The notes under the pieces: generated by a model
The model's input: the letters and a program-made list of their open reading frames with translations, nothing else
The model's database searches: none
Told to the model about the DNA's origin: nothing
Origin: a virus
Length of the DNA stretch: 64,000 bases
IMG/VR virus record: IMGVR_UViG_3300007512_001108
Span: 1 to 64,000 of that record
Strand: one strand, 5' to 3'
In this document: positions 9,600 to 19,534 of the stretch, piece after piece
How the letters are laid out: each line of letters opens with the position of its first letter
Numbering within the stretch: the first letter of the stretch is position 1
Translations under genes and position numbers: made by a program

Positions 9600-10693
9600 A
9601 ATAAAAATTCCTCTAACTTATTTATAACTCTCATTTGATTTTCTTCTGATAAGTTATAAGAAGATGGCAAAGAGATTCCGCTATCAAATATACTCATACT
9701 TGTTTCATAATTTCCAACTTTTCTAATTTCGTTATTATAACACGGTTGTGCATTTAACGGATAGAAAAATTCCCTAGATTGTATATTATTTTCTTTTAGA
9801 AAATCCATTAGTTTATATTTTTCGCAAGAAAGAAAAGATGTAAACCAATGAACAGGAGTACAGTTCTTTGAATCTTCAATTGGAACAAACCCAGAATTTA
9901 ATGAACCTAATTTTTCATAATACAAATCATGAATCTCTTTCTTTCTAGAAATAATATCTGGCAATTTCTTTAGTTGTGAAATACCAACTGCCGCTTGCAT
10001 CTCCGTAAAGCAAAAATTATATCCTATGTGATGATGTTTGAATGTGCCCTTACCATCTCTTCCGTGATTTTTAAGACGATAACATGCGTTACGGAGTTCC
10101 TCATCGTCTGTGAGAACAACACCACCTTCTCCACAAGTAATAGTTTTGTTTCCATAGAAAGATAGAATACCCAAATCACCAAAAGTACCTACATGTTTTT
10201 CTTTATATAAAACACCAACTCCCTGTGCGGCATCTTCTATAACTTTAATATCATGTAATTTTGCAAATTCTAAAATTGCGGTCATATCTGAACTCTGTCC
10301 ATACAGATGAACTGGCATAATTGCTTTTGTTTTGTTTGTAATGCATTCTTCTGCTTTTTTGATATCTATCTGAAAAGTTTTTGTACCCACTTCACACAAT
10401 ACAGGTGTTGCACCTGTCATAATGACAGCATTGGCAGTTGCAATAAATGTAATGTTTGGCACGATTACTTCGTCACCTTCTCCAATACCGAGTGCTTTCA
10501 AACAACAGAATAAAGCGGCAGTTCCATTCGTCATAGCAACTGCATACTTTGAACCTGTCATTTCACAAATCATTTCCTCGAATTCTTTTGTTAGATTATG
10601 CTCGACAACATATGTTGAATCGACTACTCGTTTCAACTCGTCAAGTTCTCTATTGTCAATCCAAGGTTCAATTTGCGTTATAAAGTTGGTCAT
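9596..10693 (-). CDS. per: DegT/DnrJ PLP sugar aminotransferase, GDP-perosamine synthase-like
   Basis: NGTAAL, PVHLYG, EDAAQ, SFYGNKTITCGEGG and HHHIGYNF. Confidence 0.8.
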   Translation of the reverse strand: MTNFITQIEPWIDNRELDELKRVVDSTYVVEHNLTKEFEEMICEMTGSKYAVAMTNGTAALFCCLKALGIGEGDEVIVPNITFIATANAVIMTGATPVLCEVGTKTFQIDIKKAEECITNKTKAIMPVHLYGQSSDMTAILEFAKLHDIKVIEDAAQGVGVLYKEKHVGTFGDLGILSFYGNKTITCGEGGVVLTDDEELRNACYRLKNHGRDGKGTFKHHHIGYNFCFTEMQAAVGISQLKKLPDIISRKKEIHDLYYEKLGSLNSGFVPIEDSKNCTPVHWFTSFLSCEKYKLMDFLKENNIQSREFFYPLNAQPCYNNEIRKVGNYETSMSIFDSGISLPSSYNLSEENQMRVINKLEEFLL

Positions 10694-11054
10694 ATGATTT
10701 TTGTTCTCTCACATCAGATTCATAGTATTCATTAATTCTTTTCTTTATCAAGAATCTTTCATCATTATATTTTGCATTAAGTCTTGCGAATTGTATAAAT
10801 TCATCATCGAATTCTTTCTTGCTTTCTTTATCTCTAAATCCAGATTCTGTATCCCATATTTTTATATTAATGTCTTTTAATTCATCATATAATCTTCCTT
10901 TTATTTTTACACCATCATCCTTTAGTGCTTTTTCTAGAATATCCTTTTCTCCTTGAATATAAAATAATCTAGACTCGTCAGAAATTCTTTCCAACTTAAT
11001 ATCCAATATGGTTATCTTATCAAAAATTTCACCAATTGCAACTTCTACTTTCAT
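10668..11054 (-). CDS. DUF6165-like helical protein
   Basis: GEIFDKITILDIK...INIKIWDTE...FIQFAR...NDERFLIKKRIN...EQKSY. Confidence 0.6.
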   Translation of the reverse strand: MKVEVAIGEIFDKITILDIKLERISDESRLFYIQGEKDILEKALKDDGVKIKGRLYDELKDINIKIWDTESGFRDKESKKEFDDEFIQFARLNAKYNDERFLIKKRINEYYESDVREQKSYDQLYNAN

Positions 11055-11695
11055 ACTATATCTCCAAACTTATTCTCTTTGTATGCGACCAAATCTTTTT
11101 CTTCTATTGATTCTAATTTCCAGTCACTGGGAAGAAGTTCATTCAACTCCAAAAATGAAAAGTTCCAATTTTCACTGTCGTCAATCATTCCTTCCCATTT
11201 ATAGCGGTCGCATGTTGTTTTTTCTACCTTGTGTGGTGTTCTTGCCAGATAAATGATATTGCAAAATTCAAACATTCTAGAAAAGCACTCCTTTGGTTTC
11301 CTTAGCATTGTGAATGTACTATCGAAGTAAATGACATCTTGTTTGTTTCCTATGATGTCCCCAATTCCATCTTCCTCAATGTCAAATAAATGAAATGTTG
11401 CTTTCTTGTTTTCTGAAAAATGATTATATGCAAATTCAATTGCACTTGGGTTTACATCAATACCAATATATGTCTTTAAATTTTCTGGCAAGAAATTCAA
11501 AAGTCTACCACAACCACAACCAACATCGACAACAGAGAAGTATTCTTTGGAAAATGTCCTAGACAACCAATTCAAGAATAATTTATGTGGTTCATTTGAA
11601 TGAAAATGGCATGGAAGTCCGTCTGAATCTTTTCCATATATTTCCTCAAACACCTCTTCTCTGTACCATTGATTATCTCTTGCCCGTTCGTTCAA
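11051..11695 (-). CDS. Class I SAM-dependent methyltransferase
   Basis: VVDVGCGCGRL...YIGIDVN motif I/II. The start codon is uncertain (TTG). Confidence 0.8.
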   Translation of the reverse strand: MNERARDNQWYREEVFEEIYGKDSDGLPCHFHSNEPHKLFLNWLSRTFSKEYFSVVDVGCGCGRLLNFLPENLKTYIGIDVNPSAIEFAYNHFSENKKATFHLFDIEEDGIGDIIGNKQDVIYFDSTFTMLRKPKECFSRMFEFCNIIYLARTPHKVEKTTCDRYKWEGMIDDSENWNFSFLELNELLPSDWKLESIEEKDLVAYKENKFGDIV

Positions 11696-12609
11696 ATTAT
11701 ACCCCTTTCTTCTAATTTCATATTTGTTAATCTCTGTAGTAGTTCAAACTTAGAACCTTCTTCAATTGGTAGATGCTTCTTACTTGAATTGTGCCAGTGC
11801 CAAGCAAATGCTTCAAGATAAAGATTATCATCTGCATAACCATTGTTTGCAAACCAACCTGCTTCTACATTTTCACTAAGTTCCTTGTCTTTCTTGCTGA
11901 TTAACCATTCGGTGTTGAAGAAAGGTGATGGGAATATTGTATATTCGTATCCTCTTCTCCAAAGAGATGCAAATAATTCTTTACCCCAAATGGTAGTACC
12001 ACCAATAATTGGCATTACTTTAAGTTCTTTAAGAAGTTCATACGAAAATTCACTTTCCTTCTTGAGTGCAATAACCGTTGCACATGCACCTTGATTTGCA
12101 AAGTCTGTTTCCGAACCCCACTGGTACATATACTCTTGGTCAAGAAGACATTTGAAGTCACGAAGGAAGATAATATCCATATCAATCCACACACCACCGT
12201 ACTTATGAAGTGCAAGCAAACGAAGCAAATCACTTTGTAGATAATGTTTATCATCTTCGGATGTAAGTTTTTGTACCTCATCCTCAATGATTGTTCCCTT
12301 TGCTTCTTCTAATCCATCCCACACCCTCAAGTCAAGGTATTCTTTATACGGTTGAATTCTAGGATTGTCTTCAATACAATAATCTGACCATACTATTAGT
12401 TTTGTTTTTTCTAGGTCTTGTGTTGCAAGAAAAGACTTAATGCATTCAAGTTCTTTATCGGTTCTTACTTCGGTATAAACATGAAAGTTTGTTACTTCTT
12501 CGGGATACTCACAACTACAATCACAAAGTTCATCAAGAAATTCAAGACACGCTTCATAATCTTTATAATATTCTGGGTGTGTTTTAAAACTCATTTCAAT
12601 CATCATCAT
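11692..12609 (-). CDS. GT32-like DxD glycosyltransferase
   Basis: SDLLRLLALHKYGGVWIDMD and AWHWHNSS. Confidence 0.85.
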   Translation of the reverse strand: MMMIEMSFKTHPEYYKDYEACLEFLDELCDCSCEYPEEVTNFHVYTEVRTDKELECIKSFLATQDLEKTKLIVWSDYCIEDNPRIQPYKEYLDLRVWDGLEEAKGTIIEDEVQKLTSEDDKHYLQSDLLRLLALHKYGGVWIDMDIIFLRDFKCLLDQEYMYQWGSETDFANQGACATVIALKKESEFSYELLKELKVMPIIGGTTIWGKELFASLWRRGYEYTIFPSPFFNTEWLISKKDKELSENVEAGWFANNGYADDNLYLEAFAWHWHNSSKKHLPIEEGSKFELLQRLTNMKLEERGII

Positions 12610-13462
12610 TTTCCTTTATATAAGACATACAAAAGTCTGTCGCTTGCAGTTTTCTATTTAATAATTTAGAAATGGCGATTGCTCCAACTAAATCATCTTC
12701 TCTGTCCATATCATCAAATATAAACCATACATCTTTATTTATTTGTAGTTTTTCTTCTTTCAAAAGTTCATACATTTTACTTCTTTTTCCCCCTGCTGGT
12801 CCATCTACAAAAATCAAATCATAAGTTTTATCTTTCAAGAACTCATTTACCAAATCAATATCATACCAATCGTCTTTAATGGGAGCGTGTAAATACTCTG
12901 AATCATATTCACCCACCCAATCTTCATCTTCTTCTATTGAAATCATTTTGAAATGTTTTGAGAGAATTTCTGTACCTTTACCACTACCAAATTCAAGGAT
13001 TGTAGAACCCTTTTCAAAATTTGATATAATATATTCTATTGTTTTGTTATTAGCGGTCATTTCCGTTTTATTTATCATCCATCCGTGATTTGTCATCATT
13101 AACTGATAATGTGGAGTACTTTGTGCGAACATTAATGATTCAGCATCGACTGTATATGTTGGGGAGAATTCATTCTCACATATAGATACACCCAGTTCTT
13201 CAATAAACTCCATTGCATTCCTTTCAGACAAAAATAACAAATCTGTAAGTGATATTGTGGATGAACCATCATCTGAAAGAGTTGGTAATGTTACTACAAG
13301 AGTATCTGAAATGTCCTCACCGTGTTCATTTAAAATTCTTTTATCTTTAAACTTAAAAGAATCTTTGTGCATACCTAAAACATTGCGACCGTCCCAAATA
13401 TATTCATCTTTATTTTCAACATAATCATTCATACTAAACCAACTGCTTTTTTTTACATACAT
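12596..13462 (-). CDS. SAM-dependent methyltransferase domain fused to an unknown N-terminal domain
   Basis: ILEFGSGKGT...SIEEDEDW...YDLIFVDGP...FDDMDR in the C-terminal half. Confidence 0.7.
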   Translation of the reverse strand: MYVKKSSWFSMNDYVENKDEYIWDGRNVLGMHKDSFKFKDKRILNEHGEDISDTLVVTLPTLSDDGSSTISLTDLLFLSERNAMEFIEELGVSICENEFSPTYTVDAESLMFAQSTPHYQLMMTNHGWMINKTEMTANNKTIEYIISNFEKGSTILEFGSGKGTEILSKHFKMISIEEDEDWVGEYDSEYLHAPIKDDWYDIDLVNEFLKDKTYDLIFVDGPAGGKRSKMYELLKEEKLQINKDVWFIFDDMDREDDLVGAIAISKLLNRKLQATDFCMSYIKENDDD

Positions 13463-14351
13463 CCATTATCTTGTCTGCGTGTGTTTTTACACTTAGAAAC
13501 TTTTCTACATTTGATAAGTCATGTTCTTCTGATGATACCCTTTTAAAGAATTCTTCATCTACCTCATCCCAACTTTTTACAAAATATCCTGGTAGATTAT
13601 ATTCTTCAAATAATCTCTTAACCGTACAATCAATTGTAATTGGAATACACCCCATCAATAAAGATTCATAGAGTCTATGAGTATCATTTCCGCTTCCTTG
13701 AATACAGAGTGTAAATCGATATGAACCAATCAATTTCATATACGGTTCAATTGAAAGTTTACCTTGCATTAGGTGGGTGTATTCATTATTCTTTAAACTG
13801 TTGATAATATTTTGTCTTTCAGGATTTGTAGATTGGTCGTGCCAAGGAACAAAAAATAAATTTGCTTTTTCTTCAAACGGTTTTGTTTCTCTTCGTAATT
13901 TCTTTAAAACATTTTGATTTGCAGAAAGTCTATTTGGTTCTGCAAATCCTATAGGAAGTGCATGAATCTTTTCGTGTTCTTCATTTGGAGGATTGGTACA
14001 AAACCAATTTTGAAGATATTCGTTCTCTAAAATTTTCTTATAAGATTCTGGATTATCTCCATCTCTTCCAATTTGATAAGCAGAACATCCTGTTACTAAA
14101 CTAAAAGGAGTTTTAATTTTATCTAAAAAATTAGATTGAAATTCTTCGTGTATGATAAAATCTGTTTTGGCAAATATAATATCATTTTCTTTCATATTTT
14201 CTATTTCTGCTGGTTGAAAAAGTTCTTTATCGTGTAGTCGTTTTACTCCCCAGTTTACATAAAATTCTGGTGGATAGTCTATACAGTGGTCTGCAACCAA
14301 TGGCATCCAATTATAACAAACAAGTCCACTTTCTAGTTTAAATTCTGGCAT
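13434..14351 (-). CDS. Exostosin-like (GT47) glycosyltransferase
   Basis: WFCTN...ALPIGF...FTLCIQGSGNDTHRLYESLLMGCIPI. Confidence 0.75.
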   Translation of the reverse strand: MPEFKLESGLVCYNWMPLVADHCIDYPPEFYVNWGVKRLHDKELFQPAEIENMKENDIIFAKTDFIIHEEFQSNFLDKIKTPFSLVTGCSAYQIGRDGDNPESYKKILENEYLQNWFCTNPPNEEHEKIHALPIGFAEPNRLSANQNVLKKLRRETKPFEEKANLFFVPWHDQSTNPERQNIINSLKNNEYTHLMQGKLSIEPYMKLIGSYRFTLCIQGSGNDTHRLYESLLMGCIPITIDCTVKRLFEEYNLPGYFVKSWDEVDEEFFKRVSSEEHDLSNVEKFLSVKTHADKIMDVCKKKQLV

Positions 14352-15075
14352 CGTATTTCACCTCGTTCCATTCTCTTACTGTGCTGTTTCCCAAATATCC
14401 AGAAGCACCTTCTCTAAAATTATGAAAGAACAATTCATCTGTTGTATCTAGAATCTCTACGAGTGACCTAAAGGCACTTTCCATGCAATGAATTTGTTTT
14501 GCTTCTTCTAATACCATTCCAAAATGGAATAGGTTTTCTGTTATATCATTTCTAATAATTTTGATATCTTTTGTTCCTGCGATATGTTCCAATTCTTCAA
14601 TTGGAATCTCAAAACCACGATTGGCATCATCGTGAACAAAAATATATTCTTCGTTGTCTGGATTTAATTTTTCATATACCCTTTTTTCTTCTTCTTCATC
14701 TCTTTCATAGTAAAAATCATCGAATCTTCTTTCGTAGGGTATATCCATTTGTGAATAAAATATTTCTGCACACCCCATTCCTAATTTTTCTTCTTGTCCC
14801 CAAGGATAGTAATCGTGACCAACTTTAATAAAATTAATAATATCGTTTTCTGATATGAAATTACTTATATAATTATATTCGTCTTCATTGGGAACTTTAA
14901 TTATATTAATATTTGATTCATCTCTGTACATATATTTTATCATATCAAAATATTTTTCTTTTGCAAATACATTTACGCTATCAAAATCATATTCTTCAAG
15001 AAAAATTCTTATCATTGCGTTACAGTCTATGTGGTCACCTAATCCCAAATGGTGGTGTACATATAATTCACTCAT
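14338..15075 (-). CDS. Putative GT-B fold glycosyltransferase (GT9/GT11-like GLGD motif)
   Basis: N-terminal HHHLGLGDH, YIFVHDD and EAKQIHCMESAF; lies within the glyco cluster. Confidence 0.5.
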   Translation of the reverse strand: MSELYVHHHLGLGDHIDCNAMIRIFLEEYDFDSVNVFAKEKYFDMIKYMYRDESNINIIKVPNEDEYNYISNFISENDIINFIKVGHDYYPWGQEEKLGMGCAEIFYSQMDIPYERRFDDFYYERDEEEEKRVYEKLNPDNEEYIFVHDDANRGFEIPIEELEHIAGTKDIKIIRNDITENLFHFGMVLEEAKQIHCMESAFRSLVEILDTTDELFFHNFREGASGYLGNSTVREWNEVKYDARI

Positions 15076-15734
15076 ACCAAAGCACTCCTTAAAACTTCTC
15101 TATGTTCTTCGTTTATATTATCATTTTCATCATATACTTCTCCAATAAATTCAAGATTATTTCTTTTGGTTGGAAATGGTTTTCTTTCAAAAAACTCATC
15201 GTGTACAAATGAATCGTCCTTTACTAGTGGGTAGATATAATCTCTTAAAAATATTTGGTCTACTTGCCAAAAGTCACCCTTCTCAATAGAATCTATTAGT
15301 GATGACATTTCTGATAATGTTCCTTTTTTACATCCCCACATTCCTCCTAGAATGGGTGCGCCGTGCCAAGGATGGTCACGCATAATATGAAATCCCTTAT
15401 CACTTTCCAACCACTCATCTATTGCATCTTTTTCTCTTTGTGTTAGTCTTGAGTCTGTATCTCTTGAAAGTACCACATCAACATCATCTTCGGAACAAGG
15501 ATGAAATCTCCAGAACATTCCAGACCAATCACCATCTTCGTTCATTCTAACGAGTTGTACATTTGGTTTATTCTCTAACTGTGTTAGTATGTTTTCTGGA
15601 ACAGATTTTCCGATATAAAATCTACAAATCCATTCTGGAAACAATTCTTCTGCTATATCAGCATTTTTAATTGCACCAATCGTATACTTGGGATTGTTTC
15701 CCCATAAACTAAAAGCAATAATTTTCATAATCAA
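15072..15734 (-). CDS. Putative GT-A fold glycosyltransferase-like protein
   Basis: IAFSLWG...PKYTIGAIKN...MFWRF...SRDTDSR (DxD)...HIMRDHPWH...GGMWG...DQIFL. Confidence 0.55.
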   Translation of the reverse strand: MIMKIIAFSLWGNNPKYTIGAIKNADIAEELFPEWICRFYIGKSVPENILTQLENKPNVQLVRMNEDGDWSGMFWRFHPCSEDDVDVVLSRDTDSRLTQREKDAIDEWLESDKGFHIMRDHPWHGAPILGGMWGCKKGTLSEMSSLIDSIEKGDFWQVDQIFLRDYIYPLVKDDSFVHDEFFERKPFPTKRNNLEFIGEVYDENDNINEEHREVLRSALV

Positions 15735-16432
15735 CCTGAAATAATTTCTAAAATACTATCCATATCAAAATTTTTATTCTTTCTTTCTTCAAAAACCTTT
15801 CCATCAATTGCATACATTTCTGCATTTTCATTTCTTGCGTGTAATTCGTCAAATGGTTGGGGTGTCCAATCGTGTCTAAAAATACAAACTGGTGAGGTAA
15901 TTAATTTTCCCATACCTTGACAAACCATAGTCATTTCGTTATCTGCATAAACAGATGTATAATCTGGATGATAGACATAACCAAATGCTTTATATAAGTT
16001 CCAACCCAAAACAGGTAAAGTCATTAACAAATCTGTTCTTGGTCGTAATCCATCAAAGAATTTAATTGCACCATCCATTGATGGAAAATGTTGTTCCATA
16101 CCTTGCATAATTATATCATCAAAATCTGGGAAACAAGGAATCATATCATCCGAAACCAATAATAAAACATCACCCTCTTCGTTTTCAAGATTGGCATTAC
16201 ATGCTTCTATTTTTGATTTTGAATCTCCGTAGTGATAAACCAAATCTACATCTAGGTCATCCATCCACTTACGAATTTCATCATTGTTCATAGTTTCATC
16301 ATCATTATCTAAAGTAATGACAAACCGAACATCGTGTTTTCCAGATAGCAAGTCGATACTCTTTCCTAAAATATGTTTAAATTTATCAGGACGGTTTCTG
16401 GATGCTAACTTGTATATTAATTTTCTTTTCAT
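15731..16432 (-). CDS. GT2-like glycosyltransferase
   Basis: SRNRP...LDNDD...KIEACN...VSDDM...YHPDY...YADNE. Confidence 0.65.
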   Translation of the reverse strand: MKRKLIYKLASRNRPDKFKHILGKSIDLLSGKHDVRFVITLDNDDETMNNDEIRKWMDDLDVDLVYHYGDSKSKIEACNANLENEEGDVLLLVSDDMIPCFPDFDDIIMQGMEQHFPSMDGAIKFFDGLRPRTDLLMTLPVLGWNLYKAFGYVYHPDYTSVYADNEMTMVCQGMGKLITSPVCIFRHDWTPQPFDELHARNENAEMYAIDGKVFEERKNKNFDMDSILEIISG

Positions 16433-16454
16433 AATAAAAATCTCAATTTGTGTT

Positions 16455-16871
16455 TTAGTGTTTATTTCCTATATGATATTTGGGACACAATTCCCAATCA
16501 CCCTTTTCTTTGTGTGAAATAATCTTTATTTGTGCTATAGAAGCAACTGGTTCTTCTGTCTGGTCTTGGTCTACAATTTCTAATAATTCCCAATCCTCTA
16601 ACAAATTGGCAATAGTATTTCTTCTAGCAATATCATTTTCTTCTATGTTTGTCGGAAGTCCATCCAGTGCAAATAATTCTTTAAAATGCACAATATAATA
16701 TTTACCCTTTTTATGAAGGATATGACAGGACTGATATAATTTTTTTTCTTTTCTAGAAGAAACGCCTATTCTTGTTAGGGTTTCTTTAATTTTTAAGAAG
16801 TCTTCTGATTCAAATAATTCAATTTCAACCAAGTCTTCTATTTTTATTTCTGTTTTTTCCATAACTATCAC
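16455..16871 (-). CDS. regA: T4-type translational repressor RegA
   Basis: DFLKIKETLTRIGV...LYQSCHILHKKGKYYIVHFKELFALDG...RRNTIANLL...PKYHIG. Confidence 0.97.
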   Translation of the reverse strand: MIVMEKTEIKIEDLVEIELFESEDFLKIKETLTRIGVSSRKEKKLYQSCHILHKKGKYYIVHFKELFALDGLPTNIEENDIARRNTIANLLEDWELLEIVDQDQTEEPVASIAQIKIISHKEKGDWELCPKYHIGNKH

Positions 16872-16911
16872 TTATCCCTTGTTTTAACTAATCATAGCAA
16901 TTTTCCTACTT

Positions 16912-16919
16912 TATTTATA
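16912..16919 (-). promoter_or_regulatory. T4-type late promoter ahead of regA and the glyco cluster
   Basis: Exact TATAAATA on the minus strand; it overlaps the upstream stop codon. Confidence 0.55.
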
Positions 16920-17832
16920 CTTTTTGTGCATTACAGGAAGCAATCCAATCTTCAAGAGAAATAGTTGGTTTCCAATCTAAAAGCATTTCTGCTTTTTCAA
17001 TATTTGCCAGAGAGTATCTAACCTCTCCTAATCTTTGTGGGATGTGAATATAGTCTGCGTTTTTCCCTCCAACCATATCCACCAATTCTAGAATATTATA
17101 ATTTTTTCCAGTACCAATATTAATAATTTCACCGAATACTTTATTGTTTTCTGTTGTGGCTGCTTTTATATTTGCTTCTACCACATCACCGACATATGTA
17201 AAATCTCTTCTTTGTAGTCCATCACCAACCACCGTCATTGGTTCTCCGTCTTCGTATTGACGGAAGAATAATCCTATAACTGGAGCATATTGTCCTTTTA
17301 CTGGTTGTTTTTCTCCATACACATTAAAATATCTAAATGTTACAGTTTCCATCCCATACAGGTTGTGAAACATTTTACAAAGTTCTTCTCCTGCACACTT
17401 GGTTATGGAATATGCATTTAAACAATCGGTATTCATATCTTCTATTGAAGGTATTTCATTCTTCACACCATACGAAGCAGATGTAGAGGAATATACAAAT
17501 CTCTTTACGCCATTTTCTTTTGATGCTTGAAGAACATTACAAGTTCCATACACATTTGTTTTTGCAGTAAGTGTTGGATTGTGTATAGCGGGTTGAATTC
17601 TTGCTTCTGCGGCTAAATGAAAAACACAATCAACCCCATTAAAAAGGGGTTCTATTTTATCGTAATCACAAATATCATATTGATAATTTTCTGAATTTGA
17701 GTTCCAATAAAACGATTCGTGACAATCTGTAGATTCATTGTCTATTACAATTACCGAATGTCCTAGTTCTAATAGTCTGTCAACTATTGTAGAACCAATA
17801 AATCCTGCTCCACCTGTAACTAATGCTTTCAT
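16915..17832 (-). CDS. NAD-dependent NDP-sugar epimerase/dehydratase
   Basis: VTGGAGFIGS, HLAA, YSSTSASYG, YxxxK (YSITK), RYFNVYG and RDFTYVGDVV. Confidence 0.92.
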   Translation of the reverse strand: MKALVTGGAGFIGSTIVDRLLELGHSVIVIDNESTDCHESFYWNSNSENYQYDICDYDKIEPLFNGVDCVFHLAAEARIQPAIHNPTLTAKTNVYGTCNVLQASKENGVKRFVYSSTSASYGVKNEIPSIEDMNTDCLNAYSITKCAGEELCKMFHNLYGMETVTFRYFNVYGEKQPVKGQYAPVIGLFFRQYEDGEPMTVVGDGLQRRDFTYVGDVVEANIKAATTENNKVFGEIINIGTGKNYNILELVDMVGGKNADYIHIPQRLGEVRYSLANIEKAEMLLDWKPTISLEDWIASCNAQKV

Positions 17833-18212
17833 TTTTTACCACCTGTATATAAATATTTTGTCATTTCTTCAATGTCAGAATCTGCAAACATATTTACAAC
17901 TTCTCTTGCTTTTCTATCAGAATATCCATAATATTCTTTTATTACATTTACCTTTTGACATTCTTCATTCTTTAACCATTTACTATAACGCTTTCTTTTT
18001 CTAATTATATTTAACAGATAGTCAAAATGCATTTTCTTATCTATTGAAGGACAAGAATTCATTTCATTAACATAAAATATAGTATCTGGAAAATAAGAAA
18101 GACACCTATTAATAACAAAAGGCGTATATTTCTTTTCTACAAACTCATCCTCTGTATCAAGTAATGTTTCCTTTGTGTGATTTATTGCTTTTAGATATTC
18201 AGATAATTTCAC
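17829..18212 (-). CDS. 62: Clamp loader small subunit gp62
   Basis: YTPFVINRCLSYFPDTIFYVNEMN...IRKRKRYSKW...EYYGYS..KA; T4 gene order. Confidence 0.92.
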   Translation of the reverse strand: MKLSEYLKAINHTKETLLDTEDEFVEKKYTPFVINRCLSYFPDTIFYVNEMNSCPSIDKKMHFDYLLNIIRKRKRYSKWLKNEECQKVNVIKEYYGYSDRKAREVVNMFADSDIEEMTKYLYTGGKK

Positions 18213-18553
18213 TTAATCTCCACATCATCTCCGATGACAGCAACAATATGTTGTCTTCTTGTTAAAATGAATGGTCCCATATCGTGAAACCCTGCGTGTT
18301 TATCGTGCAGAATCCTGTCACCCTCTTTGAAATCTACAGGATAATAATTACCATTATCGTCTGGAATTCCTTCTGCTATAGAAATAACAACACCATCACC
18401 AAAACGGTCATGTTCTCTTTCGTTGTATATAATTCCTGCATCGGTCTGGGTTTTCTTTGGAGTTGGTTTAATTGCTACCATATCACCAATAGGTTTGAAT
18501 GCCTGACCGTCTTCTATTTTAGCACTACCTAGTGCATATCGTTTGTCTACCAT
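18209..18553 (-). CDS. groES: Co-chaperonin GroES (Cpn10) family protein
   Basis: KPIGDMVAIK...TDAGII (mobile loop)...GVVISIAEG...KEGDRIL..KHAG...IVAVI. Confidence 0.8.
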   Translation of the reverse strand: MVDKRYALGSAKIEDGQAFKPIGDMVAIKPTPKKTQTDAGIIYNEREHDRFGDGVVISIAEGIPDDNGNYYPVDFKEGDRILHDKHAGFHDMGPFILTRRQHIVAVIGDDVEIK

Positions 18554-18571
18554 AATATAATCCTTTCTTCT

Positions 18572-19525
18572 TTATTTATACTCACATTCTAACATCAATT
18601 CCGTTAAACAAGCAGTTAAATTAATTTCGTGGTCTGCAACAAATGCTGATTTGTATTGATATTCAGAAATTATTAATACTGCTTGTGGAATTGACTGCGG
18701 TTTAAAGTATTCATATAGCCCATCATATATTTTTCTAAAGATATGAACTTGGTCATTATCTAAATTATCAACTACCCATTTTCTAACATTTGTGAATTCT
18801 TTTTCTTTCATTGATGTTATGAGGTTTTTAATTTTTATCTCACCGATTTGAGTAAGAATGCCAATGTCTATAGAACCTGCAACCGAATATCTTTGCAATT
18901 CATTAATTACCCTTCGGAAGTCTGGAAAATGTTTCATAATTAATTCTGCTAAAACCTTATCATCCGAAGGTATATTCTCTCCATCAAGAATGTACTTGAT
19001 TCTTTCCATAAATTCATTAGCCAATGTAGGTTTTTCTTGCTTTGGTATCTTGAATTCTATACAGGTACATCGAGAATGAAGTGGTTCTATAATTCTGTTC
19101 TTGTAATTGCAAGTAAGAATAAACCTACAATTACCACTGAATTCTTCGATGAATCCACGAAGTGCAGGTTGTGTAGATTGTGCGTTTGAGTAATCAAATT
19201 CGTCAAGTATTACTACTTTCTTTCCACCAGATATAGAAACTGTACTTGCAAAATTACGAATCTTTGTTCGGAGTGTATCGATGTTTCCGTCTTCTGAACA
19301 GTTAATTACAATATAGTCTGCATCTAACTCCTCGCACATTGCTCTTGCAATTGTTGTTTTACCACATCCTGCTCCACCAGATAAAAGAAGATTTTGAACT
19401 TCTCCAGAATCAACCATTCGTTGAAATGTTTCTTTGATATCTTCTGGAAGAATACAATCTCCAATAGTCTGTGGTCTGTACTTTTCTACCCACAAATATT
19501 CTTTAGTTTCTGTTTCTGTAATCAT
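18572..19525 (-). CDS. 44: Clamp loader ATPase gp44
   Basis: LWVEKYRP, GGAGCGKTT, ILDEFD, SRC and FPDFRR. Confidence 0.97.
   Translation of the reverse strand: MITETETKEYLWVEKYRPQTIGDCILPEDIKETFQRMVDSGEVQNLLLSGGAGCGKTTIARAMCEELDADYIVINCSEDGNIDTLRTKIRNFASTVSISGGKKVVILDEFDYSNAQSTQPALRGFIEEFSGNCRFILTCNYKNRIIEPLHSRCTCIEFKIPKQEKPTLANEFMERIKYILDGENIPSDDKVLAELIMKHFPDFRRVINELQRYSVAGSIDIGILTQIGEIKIKNLITSMKEKEFTNVRKWVVDNLDNDQVHIFRKIYDGLYEYFKPQSIPQAVLIISEYQYKSAFVADHEINLTACLTELMLECEYK
18573..18580 (-). promoter_or_regulatory. T4-type late promoter ahead of groES
   Basis: TATAAATA formed by the last codons of gp44, 20 nt before the groES ATG, with an AAGGA SD between them. Confidence 0.6.
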
Positions 19526-19534
19526 AATATAATC

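Noticed and set aside
5323-16432. T4-style DNA glucosylation / hypermodification cluster
   Set aside because: No hydroxymethylase or T4 alpha/beta-glucosyltransferase-like gene is visible, the GT types are glycan/protein types, and restriction sites are avoided. It cannot be fully excluded from one window.
5323-16432. Host O-antigen locus (prophage boundary or chimera)
   Set aside because: There is no wzx/wzy/ABC transporter, the strand and composition match the phage genes, and the sugar genes overlap core T4-like genes.
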